Shown here: in pieces, positions 1 through 9,684 of the stretch
Position numbering within the stretch: the first letter of the stretch is position 1
How the letters are laid out: each line of letters opens with the position of its first letter
Origin: an uncultured Actinomycetes bacterium
Lineage (GTDB): Bacteria; Actinomycetota; CALGFH01
Direction: 5' to 3'
DNA length: 40,005 nt
NCBI GenBank assembly: GCA_937881255.1
Contig: CALGFH010000139.1
Location: forward strand, 1 to 40,005
Translations under genes and position numbers: made by a program
The notes under the pieces: generated by a model
Database searches by the model: none
Seen by the model: the letters and a program-made list of their open reading frames with translations, nothing else
What the model was told of the DNA's origin: nothing

Positions 1-17
1 CCGCCGCACCGCCCGAT

Positions 18-290
18 TCATTCGGGGGGGAGTCCTCCCCACCGAACCCCCCCAAGAGCGACGTTGGCCAGGCTGATCGCCGACACGATCGCCCACACGC
101 CTTCGAGCATGAGAAATCCCCAGCGCTCGTCGGCCAGGGCGATCACGGCCAGCACGAACGAGCCGACCAGGTTGAGGACCAGGTAGACCAGCGAGTGCTG
201 GTCGAGCAGCCGCAGCTGGGCGAGGGTGAACCCGGCCAGGATCAGCACCGCCCCGACCAGCTCCAACGCGATGACGACCCCGTGGGACAC
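18..290 (-). CDS. small integral membrane protein, function unknown
   Basis: 90-aa ORF, almost entirely hydrophobic, with about 3 TM-like segments (VVIALELVGAVLILAGF, LVYLVLNLVGSFVLAVIAL, GVWAIVSAISLANVAL). GC3-rich codons like its neighbours. Confidence 0.5.
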   Translation of the reverse strand: MSHGVVIALELVGAVLILAGFTLAQLRLLDQHSLVYLVLNLVGSFVLAVIALADERWGFLMLEGVWAIVSAISLANVALGGVRWGGLPPE

Positions 291-328
291 GTCAGGCGTC
301 GCGGGAGGGGGCGACGGCGCCGGGCACC

Positions 329-877
329 TCAGGTGCCGGAGGCGAGGGCGAGGAGGCGGTCGACCCCGGCGTCGAGGGCGCGGACCTCGCGCTCGACCTC
401 GGCCTCGAGGGGGGCGAGCTCGGCGGCCGTGTCGGCCCCGAGGCCGGCGCTGGCGGCGCGGCGGATGGTCAGGGCGACCCGGGTGACGTCGGCCACCCTG
501 GCCCTGGCCGCGGGCAGCACCCGGGCCAGCTCGGAGAGGTCGGGCTCGCGGGCCAGCAGCCGCAGCTCGGCGTCGAGGGTCGCGGCCACCCGCCCGAGGC
601 GCCTGGCCAGCTGGGGCAGGTCGCCGACGGTGCCGCCGGCCGCCCTGACCACCGCGACCGCCTCACCGGTGGCCTGGGCGGCCACGTTCAGGTCGCGCCG
701 CAGGCAGGCCACCTGCCGCCGGGCCCCGGGCGGTGTCGTCAGCGCCTGGACGCTCCGGGCCCGCCGCCGCAGCATCGGGCTGCGCCGGACCCAGCGCACG
801 ACCCGCCAGACGGCGAAGAGGGTCACCCCGCCGGCCACAAGGCACATCACCAGCAGGGTCAGCAGCAGCTCCTCCAT
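329..877 (-). CDS. hypothetical membrane-anchored Ala/Arg-rich protein
   Basis: Start chosen at the internal ATG (MEELLLTLLVMCLVAGGVTLFAVW, an N-terminal TM helix). The rest looks helical and Ala/Leu/Arg-rich. No recognisable family. The longer ORF runs to 988. Confidence 0.4.
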   Translation of the reverse strand: MEELLLTLLVMCLVAGGVTLFAVWRVVRWVRRSPMLRRRARSVQALTTPPGARRQVACLRRDLNVAAQATGEAVAVVRAAGGTVGDLPQLARRLGRVAATLDAELRLLAREPDLSELARVLPAARARVADVTRVALTIRRAASAGLGADTAAELAPLEAEVEREVRALDAGVDRLLALASGT

Positions 878-998
878 GGCGCCGTCCTCCACTCTCCACT
901 CGGCGTCACCATCCCGGGCCGCCGCCAGCCGACCGGCGCCTTCTCCGGGAACCCCGACAACCATAGGCCGGCCCCCGGCCCTTGTCACCCGCTCCCGG

Positions 999-1274
999 TC
1001 ATCCGCCGCCGGAGACGGCGGGGAGGATCCAGACCTCGTCGGTGCCGGCGACCGGGGTCTCGATCCCGTCCAGGTAGCGGATGCTCTCGCCGTTGACGAA
1101 CACGTTGACGTGCCGGCGCAGGGCCCCGCGGTCGTCGAGGACCCGCTGGCCGACCCCGGGATGGGCCTGGCCGAGGGCGGCCAGCACCTTCCCGACGGTG
1201 GCCCCGTCGACCTCGACCCGGCGCTGCCCGCCGGCGTGGCCGGAGAGGGCGCCCGGCAGGTGGATGGTCGCCAT
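999..1274 (-). CDS. MoaD/ThiS-family ubiquitin-like sulfur-carrier protein
   Basis: 91 aa, beta-grasp-like. Ends ...VWILPAVSGGG, a C-terminal Gly-Gly typical of MoaD/ThiS/CysO carriers. Confidence 0.75.
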   Translation of the reverse strand: MATIHLPGALSGHAGGQRRVEVDGATVGKVLAALGQAHPGVGQRVLDDRGALRRHVNVFVNGESIRYLDGIETPVAGTDEVWILPAVSGGG

Positions 1275-1286
1275 CTGAGGACCCCC

Positions 1287-2402
1287 TCAGGGCACCACGG
1301 CGGCCTTGACGCAGACCACCGGCGGCAGCCACTCGGCCAGGGCCTGCCAGCTCTCCCCCTCGTCGGCGGAGCCGAACAGCTGCCCGGTGCGGGTCCCGAA
1401 GTAGAGGCCGGCCGGGTCGAGCCCGTCGCTGGCGAAGCCGTCGCGGAGCACGGTCAGCCAGGCGTCCCGCTCCGGCAGCCCGGCGGTCTGCGCCTCCCAG
1501 GAGCCGCCGGCGTCCCGGGTCCGGTAGACCCGGGCCTGGCCGTCGGGCGTGCAGCGGAACTCGTCGGAGTCCAGCGGGATGATCCAGGCGGTGTCGGGGT
1601 CGGTCGGGTGGGTGACCATGGGGAAGCCGAAGTCGCTCGGCACCCCGTTGGCCATGTCCTCCCAGTGGTCGCCCCCGTCGTCGCTGCGGTACAGGCCCCA
1701 GTGGTTCTGGAGGTACAGGCGGTCCGGGCGCCCGCCGGCCGGGGCGATCTTGTGCACGCACTGGCCGAACTCGGGGTACTTGTCGGGCAGGAACACGGCC
1801 CGGACGCCGTCGTTGCGGGCCTGCCAGCTGCGCCCGCCGTCGTCGGTCCGGTACACCCCGCCGGTGGAGATGGCGATCCACATCCGCTCCGGGTCGGCCG
1901 GGTCGGGCAGGACCGTGTGCAGGCACAGCCCGCCGCCCCCCGGCTCCCAGCGCGGCCGGTGGGGATGGTCCCAGAGCCCCCTGACGAGCTCGAAGGTCTC
2001 CCCGCCGTCCTCGGAGCGGAACAGGGCCGCCGGCTCGACCCCGGCCCACACCGTCCCCGGCTGGTCGTCGCCGGCCGGCTGCAGCTGCCACACCCGGGCC
2101 AGCGCCGCGTCCGTCCCCTCCGGGAACCGGAGGTTGCCCTCGGCCGGCTCGCTCCAGCTCCGCCCCAGGTCGTCCGAGGACCGCACCACCGCCCCCCAGT
2201 GCCCGTGCTCGGTCCCGGCGAGCAGCCGGTGCCGCCCACCCCGCCCGTCGAACCGGATGGCGTACACCTGCTCGCCACGGAAGTGCGGCCCGCTCCAGCG
2301 CCATTTCCCCCGCTCGGGGTCGCCCGCGAACAGCCACGCCCCCTTCATGGTGCCGACCGTCAACAGGACTTCCCCGGCCTGGACATCGATGTGCTCGTTC
2401 AT
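1287..2402 (-). CDS. BNR/Asp-box repeat beta-propeller protein (sialidase-like fold, no signal peptide seen)
   Basis: Six Asp-box-like motifs (SxDxGxxW): SSDDLGRSWS, SEDGGETFE, RTDDGGRSWQ, RSDDGGDHWE, TRDAGGSWE, SADEGESWQ. 371 aa. Only 12 nt separate it from the MoaD-like gene. Confidence 0.8.
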   Translation of the reverse strand: MNEHIDVQAGEVLLTVGTMKGAWLFAGDPERGKWRWSGPHFRGEQVYAIRFDGRGGRHRLLAGTEHGHWGAVVRSSDDLGRSWSEPAEGNLRFPEGTDAALARVWQLQPAGDDQPGTVWAGVEPAALFRSEDGGETFELVRGLWDHPHRPRWEPGGGGLCLHTVLPDPADPERMWIAISTGGVYRTDDGGRSWQARNDGVRAVFLPDKYPEFGQCVHKIAPAGGRPDRLYLQNHWGLYRSDDGGDHWEDMANGVPSDFGFPMVTHPTDPDTAWIIPLDSDEFRCTPDGQARVYRTRDAGGSWEAQTAGLPERDAWLTVLRDGFASDGLDPAGLYFGTRTGQLFGSADEGESWQALAEWLPPVVCVKAAVVP

Positions 2403-2447
2403 GGGGCAACCCTACCTCGCCGTCCCGACACCGGGGAGGGGTTGTCC

Positions 2448-3195
2448 TCAGCTCCCCGGCCACTCCCGCAGCCGCAGGGTGAGCAGGTCCTCGGCGGCCA
2501 CCCGGCCGGCGCCGGCCAGCAGCTCGTCGAGGTCGTCCTCGGCGTGCAGGAACCGCCCGCTCAGCGGGTCGGCCTCCCCGGCGGCGATCCGGACCAGCAG
2601 GTCTCCGGTCCGCTGGGCCGGCGTGTACTCCTCGGGCGGGCTGACGCAGAGCACGGTGATGCCGTGGCCGGCGGTCTCGGCGGCCAGCGTGCCGGTCAGC
2701 CGGAAGAAGGCCGCCTTGGCGCAGGCGTAGGCGGTCACGTACGGCTCGTCGCGGGCGCCGACCAGGCTGCCGATGTTGACCACCCGCCCGCGTCGCCGCT
2801 CGACCATCCCCGGCAGCACCGCCCGGCAGCAGTTGAACGCCCCCGGACGTGTACCTCCAGGTCACGCCACCAGTCGCCCGGGTCGGCCTCCCACAACGGC
2901 CCGGTTCCTGGGCGGTCCCGGCGTTGTTGACCAGCAGCGTGACCGGCCCCAGGGCCGCCTCGGCCTCGGCGACCACCCCGGCGACCGCTCCCAGGTCGGT
3001 GACGTCCAGGGTCCAGCCCCGCGCCACCCCGCCTCCGGCCTCCGCCGCCGCGACCGCCTCGGCCAGCTCGTCGCCCGACCGGGCGGCCAGGGCGACCCGG
3101 GCCCCGGCGGCGGCCAGCGCCTCCCCGATCGCCCGCCCGATCCCCCGCCCACCCCCGGTGACCAGCGCCACCTGCCCGTCCAGCCGCCCGCTCAT
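2448..3195 (-). pseudogene. short-chain dehydrogenase/reductase (SDR) interrupted by two 1-nt frameshifts
   Basis: The N-terminal frame has VALVTGGGRGIGRAIG...LLVNNAGT. The middle frame has GPLWEADPGDWWRDLEVHVRG. The third frame has (AFNCCRA)VLPGMVERRRGRVVNIGS...YACAKAA (the YxxxK motif). The frame changes fall at C-run 2840-2844 and at GGCCCGG 2898-2904. Each is consistent with one missing base. Confidence 0.7.
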
Positions 3196-3278
3196 CGGCG
3201 CAGCCTACCGCCACACCTGGACGGGGAACGCTGCCAAGCTGGAGCGGTAGGTCCGTGACCGGACGAGCAGGAGGAGCG

Positions 3279-3653
3279 ATGGCAGCGCCCGACACCGTGG
3301 TCGACTTCGCCGAGAAGCTGGCCGCCTTCGACGAGCTGTGGTCACCGAAGATCATCGGGCAGGTCAACGACCTGCACGTCAAGGCGGTGAAGGTCCTGGG
3401 CGAGTTCGTCTGGCATCAGCACGACGACACCGACGAGACCTTCATCGTTCTGGCCGGCCGCCTCACCGTCCGGCTGGAGGGCCGCGACGCCGTGGAGCTC
3501 GGCCCCGGCCAGATGTTCATCGTGCCCCGCGGCCTCCCCCACTGCCCGGTCGCCCCGGAGGAGTGCCACCTGCTCCTGCTCGAGCCAGCCGGCACCCCCA
3601 ACACCGGCGACCAGCCCGGGAGCGACCGCACCGCCACCGACGAGTGGATCTGA
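3279..3653 (+). CDS. cupin-domain protein
   Basis: Cupin motifs GEFVWHQHDDTDETFIVLAG and GQMFIVPRGLPH. The ATG at 3279 is preceded by AGGAGGAG. An alternative GTG start lies at 3255. Confidence 0.7.
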   Translation: MAAPDTVVDFAEKLAAFDELWSPKIIGQVNDLHVKAVKVLGEFVWHQHDDTDETFIVLAGRLTVRLEGRDAVELGPGQMFIVPRGLPHCPVAPEECHLLLLEPAGTPNTGDQPGSDRTATDEWI

Positions 3654-3656
3654 GGC

Positions 3657-4913
3657 CTACAGGTCCTCCAGGACCACCTCGGCGGTGCGGCGGCCGGAGG
3701 CGAGGGCGCCGTTGATGGAGGCGTTGTCGCGGTGGTCGCCGCAGACGTAGAGGCCGGGGCGGAGGCGGACGGGGCGTTCGGGGGGGTCGAGGGTGCCGGG
3801 GGGCTGGGCGGGCTGGGCGTGGGGGATGTGGTAGGTCTTGAGGTGGCGCCAGGCGACCACGCCCGAGCCGAACCAGTCGGCGAGCTGGCCGAGGACGGCG
3901 GCCTCCAGGTCGGGGCCCTTGGGGAGGCCGGGGCGGTCGATCACGGCTGCCGAGATGAGGGCGGCGCCGGGCGGGGCGTAGGTGGGGGCGACGGCGCTGG
4001 GGACGCAGAGGTTGTTGACCGGGCCCTGGCCGTCGCCGTCGAGGACGATCACCGGCTCGTCGACCGGGGCCCGGTCGGCGGCGAAGTAGAGGCAGCTGGC
4101 CGCGACCGACCCGGGGGCCGCCGGCTCGCCGCCGAGCAGCTCGGAGGCGGTGGGGCCGTCGGTGGCGACCACCACCGCCCTGGCCGGCAGCCGCTCGCCG
4201 TCGGCCAGGGTGACGCCGCCGTCGCCCACCGCCGTGACCCGCTGGCCGAGGCGGACGCAGCCGGGCGGGAGGCCGCCGGCCAGCTGCTCGGCGATGGCGC
4301 CCATGCCCCGGGTCGGGATGGCGACGTCGCCGAGGGCGAACATCCGGTAGACGAACTCGAACATGCGGCTGGAGGTGCCCAGCTCGTGGTCGAGCAGGAC
4401 CCCGCCGAACAGCGGCCGGAAGAAGCGGTCGACGATCGTGTCGGAGAAGCCGTCGGCGGCCAGGGCCTCGCGGGTGGTGGTCTCGGGCCGGGCGAACAGC
4501 TCCTCCAGCGACCCCGCGGTGACCCGCCGGCGCAGCTTGGCCACCTTGAGCTTGTCGCCAAGGCCGCCCACCGGGGCCAGGGCGGTGCGCAGCCCGTCCC
4601 AGCGGCGGCGGAAGGGGTCGGCCACGGTCACGAACCTGCCGCCGGTGCGGATCATCGCCCCCGGGTAGAAGGGGTGCAGCTCCAGCTCCCGGTAGTCGAG
4701 GGCCTCGGTGGCCTCGGGATAGGCGGTCAGCAGGACCTGGAAGCCCCGGTCGAGCAGGAAGTCCTCGACCCGGTCGGTGCGGACCCGGCCGCCGACCCCG
4801 TCGCCCGCCTCGAGCACGGTGGCGGCCACGCCCTTCTCGTGGAGGCGGCGGGCGCAGCGGAGCCCGGCCAGCCCGGCTCCGACGACGTAGACGCCGCCGT
4901 CCTTCGAGGTCAT
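3657..4913 (-). CDS. NAD(P)/FAD-dependent oxidoreductase (amine-oxidase / phytoene-desaturase-like)
   Basis: N-terminal dinucleotide fold VYVVGAGLAGLRCARRLHEKGVAATVLEAGDGVGGRV. C-terminal ...LYVCGDHRDNASINGALASG. 418 aa. Confidence 0.8.
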   Translation of the reverse strand: MTSKDGGVYVVGAGLAGLRCARRLHEKGVAATVLEAGDGVGGRVRTDRVEDFLLDRGFQVLLTAYPEATEALDYRELELHPFYPGAMIRTGGRFVTVADPFRRRWDGLRTALAPVGGLGDKLKVAKLRRRVTAGSLEELFARPETTTREALAADGFSDTIVDRFFRPLFGGVLLDHELGTSSRMFEFVYRMFALGDVAIPTRGMGAIAEQLAGGLPPGCVRLGQRVTAVGDGGVTLADGERLPARAVVVATDGPTASELLGGEPAAPGSVAASCLYFAADRAPVDEPVIVLDGDGQGPVNNLCVPSAVAPTYAPPGAALISAAVIDRPGLPKGPDLEAAVLGQLADWFGSGVVAWRHLKTYHIPHAQPAQPPGTLDPPERPVRLRPGLYVCGDHRDNASINGALASGRRTAEVVLEDL

Positions 4914-5960
4914 CTAGCCGCCGGGCCGTCCGACCGTCCGGGGGGCCACCCCGGCGGTCCCCCGGGCCCCCCCGGCCCGGACCGCCTCGGCGTCCCGGCG
5001 CAGGGTCCCCGGCAGGGCGAAGTGGACGTTCTCGGGGATCACCTCGACCTCGCGGACCTCGGTCGCGCCTCGCTCCCGTAGGGCCGCGACCAGCTCGTCG
5101 ACCAGCCACTCGGGGGCGGAGGCGCCCGAGCTGATGCCGACGGTGTCGACGCCCTCGAACCAGGCCGGGTCGATCGACGAGGCTTCGGAGACCAGGTGGG
5201 CCTGGCAGCCGGCGGCCCGGGCGACCTCGACCAGGCGCACCGAGTTGGAGGAGTTCTCGGCCCCGATGACCAGCACCAGCTGGCAGTCGCGGGCCAGGGT
5301 CTTGACCGCCGCCTGCCGGTTCTGGGTGGCGTAGCAGATGTCGTCGGAGCGGGGGCCGGCCAGCACCGGGAACCGCTCCCGCAGGGTGCCGATCACTCCG
5401 GCCGTCTCGTCCACCGACAGGGTGGTCTGGGTGAGGTAGGCGACCCGCTCGGGGTCGGCGACCTCGACCCTGGCCGCCTCCTCCTCGTCGCCGACCAGGT
5501 GGACGGCCCGGGGCGCGTGGCCCATGGTGCCGGCGACCTCCTCGTGGCCCTCGTGGCCGACGAGCACGATGTCGTAGCCCTTGGCGGCGAACTTGCGCGC
5601 CTCCTGGTGGACCTTGGTCACCAGCGGGCAGGTGGCGTCGATCACCCGCAGGCCGCGGGCCTTGGCCTCGGCGTGCACCGACGGGGCGACCCCGTGGGCC
5701 GAGAACACCACCGTCGCCCCCTCCGGGACCTCGTCGAGCTCGTCGACGAACACCGCGCCCCGGGTCTCGAGGTCCTTGACCACGTGCAGGTTGTGGACGA
5801 TCTGCTTGCGCACGTGGACCGGGGGGCCGTAGGTGGCCAGGGCGACCTCGACGATGTCGATGGCCCGCTCGACGCCGGCGCAGTAGCCGCGCGGGGCGGC
5901 CAGCAGCACCTGCCGGGGAGCGGCGAACGCTGGGATGGGGAGACTGCTCATGTACCCCAT
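4914..5960 (-). CDS. ispH: 4-hydroxy-3-methylbut-2-enyl diphosphate reductase
   Basis: [29 protein letters not shown], GHxxHxEV, TQTT and NSSNS motifs. Alternative ATG start at 5951. Confidence 0.9.
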   Translation of the reverse strand: MGYMSSLPIPAFAAPRQVLLAAPRGYCAGVERAIDIVEVALATYGPPVHVRKQIVHNLHVVKDLETRGAVFVDELDEVPEGATVVFSAHGVAPSVHAEAKARGLRVIDATCPLVTKVHQEARKFAAKGYDIVLVGHEGHEEVAGTMGHAPRAVHLVGDEEEAARVEVADPERVAYLTQTTLSVDETAGVIGTLRERFPVLAGPRSDDICYATQNRQAAVKTLARDCQLVLVIGAENSSNSVRLVEVARAAGCQAHLVSEASSIDPAWFEGVDTVGISSGASAPEWLVDELVAALRERGATEVREVEVIPENVHFALPGTLRRDAEAVRAGGARGTAGVAPRTVGRPGG

Positions 5961-6038
5961 TCTATCGGCGCCGGCCGCTGGCGCCCGCCGAGCATCGCCC
6001 GTGTGGACGTTGGCCTCTCCCGATAGGCTGGGCCGGAG

Positions 6039-6539
6039 ATGACCGAGGCAACCGAGAGCTGGGTCGCGGCCAGGGAGCTGGACCGCCGCGTGGTGACCGT
6101 CTGGACGGTGCAGGAGGCGATCGGCTACGGGGTGCTGGCCCTGCTGGTGCTGGCCGTCGACATCGGGGCCAGGCTGGCCGGGGCCGAGCTGCCCGGGCCG
6201 CCCGGGCTGGCCGCCGGGGTCGTCGCGGTCGCCGGGGGCCTGGCCGCCTGGTGGATGCCGCGGGCCAACTACCGGATCTGGCGCTACCAGGTGGCCGAGG
6301 ACGCGCTGGAGCTGCGCCACGGGGTGGTCCGGCGCATCCACTCGGCCATCCCCTACTTCCGGGTCCAGCACATCGACGTGGCCCAGGGGCCGGTCGAGCG
6401 GGCCGTCGGCCTGGCCCGGCTGGTGGTGCACACCGCCTCGGCCGGCACCGACGCCACCATCCCCGGCATCGCCGCCGGCGACGCCGAGGGCCTGCGCCGC
6501 CTGATCCTGGCCAGGGCCGGCCACGGCGATGCGGTCTGA
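6039..6539 (+). CDS. bacterial PH-domain membrane protein (YdbS-like)
   Basis: Two TM helices, then ...[56 protein letters not shown], the bPH_2 signature. Its end overlaps the next gene. Confidence 0.7.
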   Translation: MTEATESWVAARELDRRVVTVWTVQEAIGYGVLALLVLAVDIGARLAGAELPGPPGLAAGVVAVAGGLAAWWMPRANYRIWRYQVAEDALELRHGVVRRIHSAIPYFRVQHIDVAQGPVERAVGLARLVVHTASAGTDATIPGIAAGDAEGLRRLILARAGHGDAV

Positions 6540-8139
6540 GGACCCTGGCCCGCCCCCGCCGGAGCTGAACGCGCCACCGGCGCCGGACCCCACACCCGGG
6601 CCGCCGGCGCCTCCGGGATCGCCCGGGGTCCCGCTCGAGGGCGGGGGGCCACGGCGGCTGCACGTGCTCAGCCCGGTGTTCTTCGCCATCGGGCACGCCT
6701 GGCGGCTGTGGCCGCTGGCCCTGCTGGTGGCCGCCCGGCGGCAGTTCTGGCTGCTCGGCCTGGGGGCGCTGGTGCTGCTGGCCTGGAGCACGATCGAGTG
6801 GCTGCGCCGCACCTACGAGCTGGAGGGCGGGGCCCTGCGGCTCGAGGAGGGGGTGCTGGCCCGCAAGCTCCGGTCGGTCCCGTTCGACCGGATCCAGCAG
6901 GTCGACCTGGTCCGCAAGCCTCTGCACCGCCTGCTCGGCGTGGCCACCCTGCGGGTCGAGACGGCCGGGGGCGGGTCGTCGGCCGAGGTCGACCTGGACG
7001 TGGTCACCCTGGACGAGGCCCGGGCCCTGCGGGCCAGCCTCCTCCAGGCCAAGGCCCGGCTGACGGCCGCCCCGGCCGGTCAGGCGGCCGAGGGCCAGGC
7101 CCCGGCGGGCCGGGCGGCCGCCGAGGCCGACCTGGACGTCCCAAGGGCCGAGCGGGTGCTGCTGCGGCTCGGGCTCGGCGAGGTGATGCTGGCCGGGATC
7201 ACCGGGTCGCGGGCGGCGGCCGCGCTGGTCGTGCTCGGCCCCATCTCCCAGGCCACCGACTGGTTCCCGGGCCTGTCCGACTGGCTGTTCGCGCGGTTCG
7301 ACCCGGAGGCGGTCACCCCGACCACCCCGGCCGCATTCGCCGTCGTGGCCGTGCTCGGGGTGGTCGTGTGGCTGGGCCTGGCCGCCGCCTCCAGCATCGT
7401 CACCGACTACGGCTTCACCCTGGCCAGGGCCGGCAACGACCTGGTGGTGCGCCGCGGCCTGCTGGAGCGCCGGGAGGCGGTCCTGCCCCTGGCCCGGCTC
7501 CAGGTGGTCCGGATCGAGGAGTCGCTGCTGCGCCGGGCCCTCGGCCTGGCCTCGATCCGCATCCAGAGCGCCGGCCGGGCCGGCGGCGCCGACCAGACGG
7601 CCAGCCGCCTGGCCATCCCGATCCTGCCCCGCGTGCAGGTCAACCGGGTCCTCGAGGAGCTGCTGCCTGGGGCGTCGCCGGTCCCGCGCCTGCTCCTCCC
7701 GCCCCCGGCGGCCCGCCGCCGGGCGGTGACCCGCAGCGTGGTCGTCGCCACCCTGGTCATGGCCGCGGTCGCCCTTCCCCTGTGGCGGCTGACCTCGCTG
7801 GGCGTGCTGGCCGTCCCGGCGGGGCTGGCCGTGCTCGCCCTGCCCGTGCTCGCCCTGGCCGTGGCCATGGGACTGGCCGCCTACCGGCACCTCGGCCACG
7901 CCACCCGGGAAGGCTTCCTCTACGCCCGGGTCGGGGTGGCCATCCGGGTCACCACCGCCGTCCCGGTGGCCAAGGCCCAGAGCGGCAGCGTCCGCTCCTC
8001 CCCGTTCCAGCGCCGGGCCGGCCTGGCCACCCTCCACGTCGACATCGCCGGCGGCGGCCCCACCCCCCAGGTCCACGACGAGTCCCAGGGCACCGCCACC
8101 GGGCTGCTCCAGGTGGTCCTCGGCCGCCGCCCTGGCTAG
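6529..8139 (+). CDS. triple PH-domain membrane protein (YdbT-like)
   Basis: Three repeats of the pattern ...L..R....VP..RIQ.V.......R..GLA.L.V..AG, separated by TM segments. 536 aa. Overlaps the upstream YdbS-like gene by 11 nt. Confidence 0.7.
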   Translation: MRSEDPGPPPPELNAPPAPDPTPGPPAPPGSPGVPLEGGGPRRLHVLSPVFFAIGHAWRLWPLALLVAARRQFWLLGLGALVLLAWSTIEWLRRTYELEGGALRLEEGVLARKLRSVPFDRIQQVDLVRKPLHRLLGVATLRVETAGGGSSAEVDLDVVTLDEARALRASLLQAKARLTAAPAGQAAEGQAPAGRAAAEADLDVPRAERVLLRLGLGEVMLAGITGSRAAAALVVLGPISQATDWFPGLSDWLFARFDPEAVTPTTPAAFAVVAVLGVVVWLGLAAASSIVTDYGFTLARAGNDLVVRRGLLERREAVLPLARLQVVRIEESLLRRALGLASIRIQSAGRAGGADQTASRLAIPILPRVQVNRVLEELLPGASPVPRLLLPPPAARRRAVTRSVVVATLVMAAVALPLWRLTSLGVLAVPAGLAVLALPVLALAVAMGLAAYRHLGHATREGFLYARVGVAIRVTTAVPVAKAQSGSVRSSPFQRRAGLATLHVDIAGGGPTPQVHDESQGTATGLLQVVLGRRPG

Positions 8140-8213
8140 GCCGAGGGCAGGAAGCCGTCCGGTCCCGAGGCGACGTCCTTCATGCGGGAGCCTCGGTGCC
8201 TCGGCCGTGACCG

Positions 8214-9557
8214 TCAGCGTGCCAACTCCAGGAGCGCGCCGATCGAGCGGTCGAGGGCGGCGGCGACGTCGGGGACGAGCAGGTGGCGGCCGTCGCGGAC
8301 CACCTGGCGGCCCGCCACCACCACCGAGGAGACGTCGGCGGCGGTGGCGGCGAACACCAGGTGGTCGACGGCGTCGGCGGGCCGGGTGCCGGCCAGGCGG
8401 ACCGAGCGCAGGTCGAGGGTGACCAGGTCGGCCAGCTGGCCCGGGGCCAGGCGGCCGGCGTCCCAGCCGAGGGCGGCCATGCCGGCCCCGGTGGCGGCGG
8501 CCAGGAGGCCGGCCGGCTGGTGGTGGCCGCGGCGGCCGGTGGCCAGGCGCTCGTCGAGCTCGACCGCCCTCGCCTCCTCGAACAGGTCGATCACGGCGTG
8601 GCTGTCCGAGCCCAGGCAGAGGGGGCTGCCGGCGTCGGCCAGCGCCCTGGCCGGCCCGACCCCGTCGGCCAGGTCGCGCTCGGTGGTCGGGCAGATGCAG
8701 GCGGCGGTGCCGGTGGCGCCGAGGAGGGCGACGTCCTGGTCGGTGAGGTGGGTGGCGTGGACGGCGGTGGTCCGCGGGCCCAGCACCCCGGCCGACTCGG
8801 CCAGGGCGGCCGGGGTGCGGCCGGTGGCGGCCAGGCAGGCCTGGTTCTCGGCCCGCTGCTCGGACAGGTGGAGGTGCAGGGGGGCCTGGCGGTCGGCGGC
8901 CCAGGCGGCCACCGTGGCCATGGCCGCCGGGTCGACCGCCCTGACGCTGTGGACGCCGGCGGCCACGCGAACCCCGGGGCGGTCGCGCAGGGCCCCGGCC
9001 CGCTCGGCCCAGGCGCCGGCGTCGCCGTCCCCGAAGCGGACCTGGGCGCCGGCCAGCGGCTGCCCGTCGAGCCCGGCCCGCAGGTAGCAGGTGTCGATCA
9101 GGGTCAGCCGGATCCCGGCCCGGCCGGCCGCCTCGATCAGCGCCTCCCCCATCTGGTTGGGATCGGCGTAGGGCCGGCCGGCCGGGTCGTGGTGCAGGTA
9201 GTGGAACTCCCCGACGGCGGTGATCCCGGCCAGCGCCATCTCGGCGTAGGTGGCCGTGGCCAGCTCCAGGTACCGGTCCGGGTCGAGGGCCCCCGCGACC
9301 TGGTACATCAGCTCCCGCCAGCTCCAGAAGTCCCCACGACCCCGGTGGGTGCGACCCCGCAGCGCCCGGTGGAACGCATGCGAGTGCCCGTTGGCCAGCC
9401 CCGGGATGGTGACGCCAGGCAGCCGGGTCGCCCCGGCGGGCGGGTCGGCCCCCTCGGTCACGGCCGCGATCCGCTCCCCCTCGACCTCGACCAGCACCCG
9501 CTCGGCCATGCCCCGCTCCGGTCCCAGCCAGGCCAGGTCGGCATGCCAGGCGCTCAT
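8214..9557 (-). CDS. hutF: formimidoylglutamate deiminase
   Basis: LANGHSHAFHRAL, DFWSWRELMY, GEFHYLHH, GSDSH and C-terminal VVAGRQVVRDGRH closely follow the HutF sequence as I remember it. Confidence 0.85.
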   Translation of the reverse strand: MSAWHADLAWLGPERGMAERVLVEVEGERIAAVTEGADPPAGATRLPGVTIPGLANGHSHAFHRALRGRTHRGRGDFWSWRELMYQVAGALDPDRYLELATATYAEMALAGITAVGEFHYLHHDPAGRPYADPNQMGEALIEAAGRAGIRLTLIDTCYLRAGLDGQPLAGAQVRFGDGDAGAWAERAGALRDRPGVRVAAGVHSVRAVDPAAMATVAAWAADRQAPLHLHLSEQRAENQACLAATGRTPAALAESAGVLGPRTTAVHATHLTDQDVALLGATGTAACICPTTERDLADGVGPARALADAGSPLCLGSDSHAVIDLFEEARAVELDERLATGRRGHHQPAGLLAAATGAGMAALGWDAGRLAPGQLADLVTLDLRSVRLAGTRPADAVDHLVFAATAADVSSVVVAGRQVVRDGRHLLVPDVAAALDRSIGALLELAR

Positions 9558-9574
9558 ATGCCCACGGCCCGGCA

Positions 9575-9665
9575 GGGGGCTGTGGACAGCGCCACCCGCC
9601 CCGCCCGGCTGTTGGCTACCCTCCCGTTCGGGGGCCCCACCAACCGGGGTCGGGGGTTGAGCGCG
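9575..9665. repeat. intergenic copy of a short repeated element (related to 33465-33555)
   Basis: 42/60 ungapped identities with 33465-33524. Shared blocks GGGGGCTGTGGACA, GGCTAC, CTCCC, GGGGGCCC and CGGGGTCGGG appear in the same order at nearly identical offsets (0, 39, 46, about 55, about 70). Confidence 0.45.
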
Positions 9666-9684
9666 CCCCCAGTCCCGCTGGATG

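Noticed and set aside
2403-2447. Hairpin GGCAACCC...GGGTTGTC between the BNR gene start and the SDR stop.
   Set aside because: It is an imperfect stem with a 27-nt loop and no U-tract, indistinguishable from chance in GC-rich DNA.
195-2930. Very long ORFs with Arg/Pro/Gly/Ala-rich translations. Examples: 195-2930 (+), 5962-8076 (-), 10977-13967 (+), 18880-20781 (-), 20887-22563 (-), 23069-24853 (-), 24872-26767 (-), 37197-39308 (+), 38288-39577 (-).
   Set aside because: They lie antisense or out of frame to genes with clear conserved motifs, and they have low-complexity composition with no recognisable domains. Stop-codon paucity in about 72% GC DNA produces such ORFs routinely.
8140-8213. 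Possible terminator between the convergent ydbT-like gene and hutF (CCGAGGC...GCCTCGG).
   Set aside because: It is a 7-bp stem with an 18-nt or longer loop and no U-tract, which is too weak to call.
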